Shown: positions 57,603 to 64,000 of the stretch, in pieces
Layout of the letters: each line of letters begins with the position of its first letter
Position numbering within the stretch: the stretch's first letter is position 1
Source of the DNA: Oscillospiraceae bacterium
Lineage (GTDB): Bacteria; Bacillota; Clostridia; Oscillospirales; Oscillospiraceae
Assembly: GCA_022793685.1 (NCBI GenBank)
Contig: JAAWDI010000027.1
Location: 11,748 to 75,747, forward strand
Direction: 5' to 3'
Length of the DNA: 64,000 bases
Notes under the pieces: generated by a model
Told to the model about the DNA's origin: nothing
Databases searched by the model: none
What the model saw: only the letters and a program-made list of their open reading frames with translations
Position numbers and translations under genes: made by a program

Positions 57603-58475
57603 CTATCTTTTTTTTAGTTTTCTGGCCGCCAGCTTGGCAGACAGGTTGATAAGGAGCGTGGCGGCCAGCAGCACCACCGCCACGGAAAAGGCAAGGCCGA
57701 ACTCCGCCCGCTCCTTGGCATAGACGTACAGCGCCACCGTCAGAGTTGCGCCGGAGCTTTTCGTAAAGCCTCCGGCCGTGAAAAACTGCTGAAGAGTGGT
57801 GCCCATTCCCGCGGTGAACATCAGCACCGCGGACTCCCCCACAATGCGCCCCACCGCCAAGATGCAGCCAGTGACGATGCCGTCCGCAGAGCTGGGGAGC
57901 ACCACGGTGCGAATCATGCGCCACTTTCCCGCGCCCAAGCCAAGCGCACCCTCCCGGTAGCCCTGCGGCACCGTTTTCAGGCTCTCCTGGGTGGTGCGGA
58001 TAATGGTGGGCAGAGTCATGATGACCAAAGTCAAGGCGCCGGCCAACAGGGTCTTTTGCAGGCTCAAAAACTGGCAGAACACCAACATTCCCACCAGCGC
58101 GTACACGATGGACGGAATGCCCGCCAGCGTTTCCGCCGCGAACTCCACCGCCCCCGCTATTCTTCGGCTGCGGGCGTACTCCGTCAGGTAGACGGCCGCC
58201 CCTACCCCCAGCGGCAGCACGATGGCCAAGGTCACCAGCACCACAAAAACCGTATTTTGGATGGCAGGCAGAATACCGTCCGTCTCCTTCAGCATGCTCT
58301 CCGCGCTGGTGAGGAACTCCCACGAAAGTCCGGGCAAACCCCGATAGAGGATGTAGCCGATGAGAAAGGCCAGCAGTCCCAGCGTGGCCGCAGCGCTCAG
58401 GTACAGCAGTACCCGCATAGCGCCGCCGTAAGCCCGCCGCCGAAGGGGCAGCCCCTTTTGTGGTGACGTTCTCAT
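57603..58475 (-). CDS. pstA: Phosphate ABC transporter permease PstA
   Basis: 6-TM permease with the EAA-like loop [22 protein letters not shown]. It occupies the second permease position in the pst operon. Confidence 0.9.
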   Translation of the reverse strand: MRTSPQKGLPLRRRAYGGAMRVLLYLSAAATLGLLAFLIGYILYRGLPGLSWEFLTSAESMLKETDGILPAIQNTVFVVLVTLAIVLPLGVGAAVYLTEYARSRRIAGAVEFAAETLAGIPSIVYALVGMLVFCQFLSLQKTLLAGALTLVIMTLPTIIRTTQESLKTVPQGYREGALGLGAGKWRMIRTVVLPSSADGIVTGCILAVGRIVGESAVLMFTAGMGTTLQQFFTAGGFTKSSGATLTVALYVYAKERAEFGLAFSVAVVLLAATLLINLSAKLAARKLKKR

Positions 58476-59377
58476 CCCCGTCCCCCCTTTCCGCCTCGCT
58501 TCAGCAGAAGGTTCAGCAGGGCGTTAATCAGCATGATAAACAGAAACAGCACCAGTCCGATGGAGAAAAGCGCCTGCCGCTGGAGGCTTCCCACGGCGGC
58601 ATAGCTCATCTCGCTGGCAATGGCGGTGGTGAGGAACTTAACGCTGGTCAGCAGCGACGGCATATTGGCCACGTTGCCCGCCACCATCAGGACTGCCATC
58701 GCCTCCCCGATGGCTCGGCCCACCCCCAGCACCACGGCGGCGGCAATGCCGCTTTTGGCCGCCGGTGCCGTCACCCGAAAATAGGTTTCAATTTCTGTCG
58801 CCCCCAGCGCAAGGCTTGCCTCCTCATACTCCCGCGGCACCGCCCGCAGGGCAGTCTCCGCCACGCTGATGATAGACGGCAAAATCATCACTGCCAGCAC
58901 GAGCATAGCCGCCAGCAAGCTGTCTCCGGCAGGCAGCCGGAACGCCTCACGGAGTAGTGGCACCAACACCAGCATCCCCACAAGGCCATACACCACCGAC
59001 GGGATACCTGCCAGCAGCTCCACCGCCCCGCGCACCACAGCCGCCAGCTTGGGCGGGGCTGCTTTGGCCAAAAATACGGCGGTGAAAAAGCCAAGCGGTA
59101 CCCCCAAGACTACCGCCCCCGCCGTGCCATAGATGGAGGTCAGCAGGAAGGGCAGAATACCGAAGCTCGGCTCCCGCGTGGTGGCGGTCGGCTCCCATAC
59201 CGCACCGAACAGGAAATTACCCAGCCCCACCTGCATGATGGCGGGCAGGCCGGAGGCAATCAAATAGACGGTGATGAGCAGAACGAAGGCGACAGCAATT
59301 AAGCCGCACACCAGAAATACAGCATGCATGGCCCTTTCCAGCGTCCGGCGGCCAAACCGCTTTTCCGCCTTATCCAT
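58472..59377 (-). CDS. pstC: Phosphate ABC transporter permease PstC
   Basis: 6-TM permease with YEEASLALGATEIETYFRVTAP. ATG 59377 overlaps the pstS stop. Confidence 0.9.
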   Translation of the reverse strand: MDKAEKRFGRRTLERAMHAVFLVCGLIAVAFVLLITVYLIASGLPAIMQVGLGNFLFGAVWEPTATTREPSFGILPFLLTSIYGTAGAVVLGVPLGFFTAVFLAKAAPPKLAAVVRGAVELLAGIPSVVYGLVGMLVLVPLLREAFRLPAGDSLLAAMLVLAVMILPSIISVAETALRAVPREYEEASLALGATEIETYFRVTAPAAKSGIAAAVVLGVGRAIGEAMAVLMVAGNVANMPSLLTSVKFLTTAIASEMSYAAVGSLQRQALFSIGLVLFLFIMLINALLNLLLKRGGKGGRG

Positions 59378-60218
59378 TAGCGGGCACCACACCGGCGGCT
59401 GTGATAACAGGCGCCGCCTCCGCGCTCAAGGCATAGCTCAGGAACGCCTCCGCCGCTGTACTCAAAGTGACATCCTCCTTTGTAATGATGACAAAGGGCC
59501 GCTGGATGGCATATTCCCCGCTGCGCACCGTTTCCTCCGTACACGCAACGCCGCCCACCTTCAATGCTTTCACGGTATCGTTCACCGCTGCGAGAGAGGC
59601 ATATCCGATGGCATTTGGATTGTTTGACACCGCCCCGATAACGTCGCCGGTGGAGGAGTATTCATTGGCATACCGGCAGGCGTCCTTGATGCCTACGATT
59701 TCTTCAAAGGCGCTCCGCGTGCCGCTGCCCGCTTCACGGCCATAAGCGGCGATGGCCATGTCCGCTCCGCCCACCTCGCTCCAGTTTTTGATTTCGCCCG
59801 TATATATCCCGGCAATTTGCTCCACCGTCAGGTCGCTTACCGTATTTTCCGGGTTGACCACGATGACCACGCCGTCCAGCGCCACCACATGTGCCACTGC
59901 CCCGGACGCTGTTTCTTCCTCCTTCAAGCTGCGGCTTGCCAGCCCCAAATCAGTCGAGCCGTTCAGGACGGACTCCACCCCCGCGCCGCTGCCGCTGCCA
60001 TTGTAGTTAACCGTCACGCTCGGATACTCCGTTGAAAAGGCCTCGCCCAGCGCCTTGACGACCTTTTCCATGGAGGTGGATCCGTCTGTATTCACCGTTC
60101 CGGCCACGGTTGCAGAAGGCATATTGCTCTCGCCCGGCTCCTTCGTCCCGGTGCAGCCCGCCAGCGTCAGGAGCAAAACAGTCGCAGTGAAAAACGCCAA
60201 TAAATGTTTTTTGTTCAT
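59370..60218 (-). CDS. pstS: Phosphate ABC transporter substrate-binding lipoprotein
   Basis: Lipobox LTLAGCTG; also GSTSMEKVV, NGSGSGAG and REAGSGTR. ATG 60218 follows gaaaggaag. Confidence 0.9.
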   Translation of the reverse strand: MNKKHLLAFFTATVLLLTLAGCTGTKEPGESNMPSATVAGTVNTDGSTSMEKVVKALGEAFSTEYPSVTVNYNGSGSGAGVESVLNGSTDLGLASRSLKEEETASGAVAHVVALDGVVIVVNPENTVSDLTVEQIAGIYTGEIKNWSEVGGADMAIAAYGREAGSGTRSAFEEIVGIKDACRYANEYSSTGDVIGAVSNNPNAIGYASLAAVNDTVKALKVGGVACTEETVRSGEYAIQRPFVIITKEDVTLSTAAEAFLSYALSAEAAPVITAAGVVPANG

Positions 60219-60300
60219 TGTGTCAGTCTTCCTTTCTTCCTCATTATGTATCGTCCAAATCGTTCTATACTTGGGAACAAGCACCAGCTTACTGTTTGTA

Positions 60301-60340
60301 TGTAAAGAGAGCTATCACAGCTCTGTTAAATCCATGTAAA
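60301..60340 (-). promoter_or_regulatory. Candidate Pho-box array upstream of pstS
   Basis: The minus strand reads TTTACA-tggat-TTAACA-gagct-GTGATA-gctctc-TTTACA. These are TT(A/T)ACA-like hexamers at about 11-bp periodicity, about 85-120 nt upstream of the pstS ATG. Confidence 0.5.
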
Positions 60341-60360
60341 ATTCCCGTTCCAAACGCCAA

Positions 60361-60395
60361 AACGCCGGACGGCGATGCCGTCCGGCGTTTTTCTT
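60361..60395 (-). terminator. Terminator after the PucR-family gene
   Basis: Hairpin aacgccggacggcgatgccgtccggcgtt with T-rich flanks on both strands. Confidence 0.65.
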
Positions 60396-60400
60396 TGTCC

Positions 60401-61972
60401 TTATTCTTCTGTTTCATCCTCTTCCGACAGCATCCGCCGCCGGATGTCCAGCGTCCTTTCCGACAGTTGGAGCCAAAACACGGTCTGACTGTCCAGCAAA
60501 TCAAGGCCGGTCAGCTCCACAATCCGCTTCAAGCGGTATTTCAACGTGTTATAGTGAATGTGCAATGCTTTTGAGGTTTGAATGATGTCCTGATTGTGGT
60601 TCAGGTAGGCCACCAGCGTTTCCCACAAGCTACCCTTCTTTTTTTCATCGCTTTCCATCAGGGCCAGCACCGCCGGATGAACCAAGTTCATCATATCCGC
60701 CCGCTCGGAAAAAATCAGCAGCATATGCTCTAAAATACAGTCGCTGTAAGCGTACAGCCTGTCCTTTTTCTTGAGCTGATGGGCAATATTTAGGGCGGTC
60801 ACCGCCCGCTTATATTGCTCCGGCACCTCATACAGGCGCTTGAAAGGCAGACTCACGCCCGCGCTCGCTCCGTAAGTAGAAAGCAGCTTGCGGAAATTCT
60901 CCTCCTCCTGCGCCGTCAACATCTGCTCTTCTTTGGTGTCGTATACCACAACCAGATAGTTTACATAAATCGTCAATGTGTCGCGGTTCAAAAAATTCTG
61001 GAGCTTCCGTTTAAAGTGGAAAAGCCGGTCACTTTGCCCCTTCATCGTATCGCCCAGTTCCACCACAATAATGTAAAGGTTGTCATAAAATTTCAAATTA
61101 AACCGCCGCACACGCTCCTCGATGGCGTCGTTGTCATAGAGCTTTTGGTTCAGCAGGGCAGTTAAAAAGGACTCGACCAGCGGCGCTTCGCTGGGGTGGC
61201 CGTCGTTGGTGTCCGGTAAGGCCATGGCCATAAAGCCGCAGAGCACGCCCAGAATCTTCTGGTCCGTCTCGGAAATGGGCTTATTGTAGGAAAGCACCTT
61301 CAGGTAAGCCAGCGGAATATTCCCCCGCATGACCCGTCCCACCAGTTGGGTGTGGTTCAGCAGCCCCTTCTCCCAAATGAAGGCGTCCTGTTCCGTCATC
61401 TGGCGGTCGCCCGCCTCAATCATCACCGAATTGACGTACTCCTCCGTCACATAGCCCTTGGAGAGCGTCCACTCCCACAGCGGCTCATCCTTGACGGTAT
61501 TTCCGCCCGCATGAGCCACGAAACACAGGGAGATGTCAACCAACAGGAGCGGATTGCCCAGCATTTCATAGCCCAAATCCATCAGGGCCTGCACGCCCCG
61601 ATTTTGGCGGCAGGCCTGCAACAGGCGGGCGGTGCAGTCGGCCACATAGACCGCGTCGTTAAAGCACCCCTCTACCGCATCGAACACATCCTCCAGCGGT
61701 GCGTGGAACGGCAGCTTGAGCACAGTGCACTCCTCACTTTGCCCGAACCCATCGGGCAAGGGCGCATCCTCCACAGCCAGCAACATGCCGCCTTGAGGCG
61801 CTCCCGCCTTCATCAGCTGGGAGGTTTTACACAGATAGAGGCAGTCCGGGCGCTCAGGACGCTCCCCTCCCCGCAACAGGTGAAATCTTCCGACCTCTGT
61901 ACGGTGCAGCGCCAGCAGCTCCGGCTCCCAAGTTTTCAGCGCCGCCATCAACTCTTTTACCGTGACCGCCAC
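60401..61972 (-). CDS. PucR/CdaR-family transcriptional regulator
   Basis: The C-terminal HTH ALHIHYNTLKYRLKRIVELTGLDL is the PucR C-terminal signature. The long N-terminal region is a putative sensor. Confidence 0.85.
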   Translation of the reverse strand: MAVTVKELMAALKTWEPELLALHRTEVGRFHLLRGGERPERPDCLYLCKTSQLMKAGAPQGGMLLAVEDAPLPDGFGQSEECTVLKLPFHAPLEDVFDAVEGCFNDAVYVADCTARLLQACRQNRGVQALMDLGYEMLGNPLLLVDISLCFVAHAGGNTVKDEPLWEWTLSKGYVTEEYVNSVMIEAGDRQMTEQDAFIWEKGLLNHTQLVGRVMRGNIPLAYLKVLSYNKPISETDQKILGVLCGFMAMALPDTNDGHPSEAPLVESFLTALLNQKLYDNDAIEERVRRFNLKFYDNLYIIVVELGDTMKGQSDRLFHFKRKLQNFLNRDTLTIYVNYLVVVYDTKEEQMLTAQEEENFRKLLSTYGASAGVSLPFKRLYEVPEQYKRAVTALNIAHQLKKKDRLYAYSDCILEHMLLIFSERADMMNLVHPAVLALMESDEKKKGSLWETLVAYLNHNQDIIQTSKALHIHYNTLKYRLKRIVELTGLDLLDSQTVFWLQLSERTLDIRRRMLSEEDETEE

Positions 61973-62231
61973 AGGCGCTCCCTCCTTGCTTCATTGTATT
62001 TATATTTTAGTCCATTTTGGACAAATAAGCAAGGCGCTTTCTGCTTTTTTCTGTCAAAAGTCTGCCTTCTCTTACCCAGATAGTCGTCAGAATTGCAACT
62101 TTCAATAAATTTTCAAAAATTATTTGTCCTTTTAGAATAATTTCAGGCTGTATCTTCCTTTTCCCCAACAGATTATTTTTTTCAATTTTCAACAAAGGAT
62201 TTGACGGCGTTTTCTGCTATAATTCCCTTGT

Positions 62232-62252
62232 GATAAATTTATCTTGTATAAT
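62232..62252 (+). promoter_or_regulatory. Perfect 12-bp palindrome abutting an extended -10 upstream of the Fe-ADH gene
   Basis: GATAAATTTATC (62232-43) is followed by TGTATAAT (62245-52). Confidence 0.35.
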
Positions 62253-62279
62253 ATCAAGATTTAATTAGGAGGAAGAAAT

Positions 62280-63434
62280 ATGTTTCAGCGTTATAACCAG
62301 CTTTGTCCTGTCACCTATGGCAGCGGCGCGGTAGCCGCGGCAGGTGAAACCTGCAAGCAGATGGGGCTGTCCAAGGTTCTGGTGGTCAGCGACCCCAAGG
62401 TTCTGGAACTGGGCCATACCCAGAAGCTGCTGGACAGCCTGACGGCCGCCGGCGTTGCCTATGAGGTTTTCAGCGGCGTGGAGACCGACGCCCCCGACCA
62501 CAGCGTGGCGGCCGGTGCGGAGCAGGCCAAGGCCATGCAGGCGGAGGCCGTGGTGAGCATCGGCGGCGGCAGCACGCTGGACACCGGCAAGGGCATCGCC
62601 GCCTTCGCGGTGAACGGCAAGACCATGGAACAGTTCCTTGACATCACCGTCCCCCCCATGCCCGGCCCTCAGCTTCCCGTTATCTCTATTCCCACCACCT
62701 CCGGTACAGGCAGCGAAAACACGATTGTGGCGGTCATCACCAACACCAAGACTCACTGGAAGTGCGGCGTGTTCGCGCCTCCTGCCGCCGCCATCGTCGA
62801 CCCTGAACTGACCCTCACCGTCCCCGCCGACGTCACCGCTTACACCGGCATGGACGCCTTCTCCCATTGCAGCGAGGTGCTGTGCTCGGTGATGGTGCCC
62901 AATCCCCATTCCGACACATTGGCCTATGACGGTATTACCCGCATCGCCAAGTGGCTGCCGGTAGCTGTGAAAGAGCCTGGCAATCTGGAAGCCCGTGAAA
63001 ATCTGGCCATTGCCAGCAACTATGCGGGCATCGCCTTCGCGGACGCCGCCGTTAATCTTGGCCACGCCATGGCTCACTCTCTGGGCGCCAACTTCCATAT
63101 TCCCCACGGCATTGCCTGTGCTTGGGTCACGCCCGTCATCATCGAGTATATGGCGGACGCCTGCCCCGAAAAGTATGAGCGGGTCGGAAAAATCATGGGG
63201 GCCAAGCTCTCCGGCAATGTGGCCACTCTGGGGCAAGAGGTTGCGGAGGCCGTTCGTGCCCTCTCCAAGACTGTCGGTATTCCCACCTGCACAGAGCAGA
63301 AGCTCACACGTGAAGATTTGGCCTCCTGCAGCGCATATGTCATGGGCGAAATTATGCACACCTTTGGCCGCAAGGTGCCTGATGAAGCTCAGGCCAAGGC
63401 TTTGTTGGAGCGGGTGTTTGACCTGAACGCCTGA
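62280..63434 (+). CDS. Iron-containing (group III) alcohol dehydrogenase
   Basis: VVSIGGGSTLDTGKGIA, PTTSGTGSE, GMDAFSHC, and GHAMAHSLGANFHIPHG are Fe-ADH signatures. Strong SD taggagga. Confidence 0.9.
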   Translation: MFQRYNQLCPVTYGSGAVAAAGETCKQMGLSKVLVVSDPKVLELGHTQKLLDSLTAAGVAYEVFSGVETDAPDHSVAAGAEQAKAMQAEAVVSIGGGSTLDTGKGIAAFAVNGKTMEQFLDITVPPMPGPQLPVISIPTTSGTGSENTIVAVITNTKTHWKCGVFAPPAAAIVDPELTLTVPADVTAYTGMDAFSHCSEVLCSVMVPNPHSDTLAYDGITRIAKWLPVAVKEPGNLEARENLAIASNYAGIAFADAAVNLGHAMAHSLGANFHIPHGIACAWVTPVIIEYMADACPEKYERVGKIMGAKLSGNVATLGQEVAEAVRALSKTVGIPTCTEQKLTREDLASCSAYVMGEIMHTFGRKVPDEAQAKALLERVFDLNA

Positions 63435-63452
63435 TAATTTCTCTGGCTGATT

Positions 63453-63494
63453 CCGCCGGAACTCATTTGAAGATGGGTTCCGGCGGTTTTTTTA
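63453..63494 (+). terminator. Rho-independent terminator
   Basis: Hairpin ccgccggaac-tcatttgaagatgg-gttccggcgg followed by ttttttt. Confidence 0.85.
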
Positions 63495-63615
63495 TCATAA
63501 AACATTATTATGTCTCTTAAAGCAGAGCGTTTCAAAGACAGCTTTTCTCGATTTGCGGCTTTTCTACTTTTTTGGATTTTTCCCTGTATCCCTTTTATAT
63601 CAATGAATTTTTGAC

Positions 63616-63645
63616 TGTGGAAAAATCTGTGGAAAATGTGCATAA
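63616..63645. promoter_or_regulatory. Cluster of three same-orientation DnaA-box-like 9-mers
   Basis: TGTGGAAAA (63616-24) and TGTGGAAAA (63628-36) each match 8/9; TGTGCATAA (63637-45) matches 9/9. The comparison is to TGTGNATAA, the reverse complement of TTATNCACA. Confidence 0.45.
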
Positions 63646-63825
63646 CGTTTTGTAATTTCTTTTTCCGAAAAGGATTATGTCAATTATTTAGGTCTATATA
63701 ACCCTACTTTTTTCGCTTTACACCCCTGCTGTTTCAAGGGTGCCGACCTATCGCCTCTTCTTCATTCCAAAATTTCACACCGGAAATGCCCTGCTATATA
63801 CAAAGCGTATAATCCATTTCAGCGG

Positions 63826-63854
63826 TTGACAAGCGCGTTCTAATTGTCTATAAT
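63826..63854 (+). promoter_or_regulatory. Consensus sigma-A promoter upstream of tRNA-Thr
   Basis: TTGACA, 17 nt spacer, TATAAT, about 50 nt upstream of the tRNA 5' end. Confidence 0.65.
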
Positions 63855-63905
63855 GATTTAGTCAGTTATAGACAGCTTTTGCGCTGTTGACAAACAAGGC
63901 AATTT

Positions 63906-63981
63906 GCTACTGTAGCTCAGTTGGTAGAGCAGCTGATTCGTAATCAGCAGGTCGTGTGTTCAAGTCACATCAGTAGCTCCA
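63906..63981 (+). tRNA. tRNA-Thr (anticodon CGT)
   Basis: GCTACTGTAGCTCAGTTGGTAGAGCAGCTGATTCGTAATCAGCAGGTCGTGTGTTCAAGTCACATCAGTAGCTCCA. Acceptor GCTACTG/CAGTAGC, anticodon stem GCTGA/TCAGC, loop TTCGTAA, CCA encoded. Confidence 0.93.
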
Positions 63982-64000
63982 AAAAGGCCTCGAAATCTAC

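Noticed and set aside
62265-63359. 364-aa minus-strand ORF
   Set aside because: It is antisense to the iron-containing alcohol dehydrogenase.
63616-63645. Chromosomal replication origin (oriC)
   Set aside because: There is no dnaA/dnaN context, only three boxes, and no evident DUE/AT-cluster arrangement. It is kept only as a DnaA-box-cluster observation.

Overview
This is a 64-kb chromosomal segment from a high-GC (about 58-60%) Firmicute, most likely a Clostridia/Oscillospiraceae-type gut anaerobe. That placement rests on SD-driven starts, Cheo-type SOS box, large SRP RNA upstream of dnaX, and the gene families present. All family calls come from motif recognition by eye; no database search was run. 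Content is mostly housekeeping: dnaX-ybaB, uvrB/uvrA, recD2, comFC, mreB, radC, pyrE, cdd, gluQ, pstSCAB-phoU-phoPR, csoR-copA, tRNA-Ala, tRNA-Thr and SRP RNA. Accessory modules are interspersed:
- An activase-less glycyl radical enzyme with an unusual G-C-Q-E Cys loop, paired with a bicupin.
- A split BcrAD-type double ATPase with two HgdB/DUF2229-like modules.
- A SIS-HAD fusion / deoxyhypusine-synthase-like / PfkB kinase operon divergent from a ROK kinase.
- A sugar ABC transporter with a Gfo/Idh/MocA oxidoreductase and a TIM-barrel isomerase.
- An ApbE-NusG_II-Gx cluster.
- A candidate Mn2+ (yybP-ykoY-like) riboswitch upstream of a CaCA antiporter.

Three small low-GC islets carry decayed or foreign-looking genes: TM2/XRE-GNAT, a DUF3788 pseudogene split by a tRNA-3'-end-bearing insertion, and an EcsC pseudogene. 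No CRISPR array, intact transposase/integrase or recognisable defence system was seen. Many long antisense ORFs in the track are high-GC artefacts.
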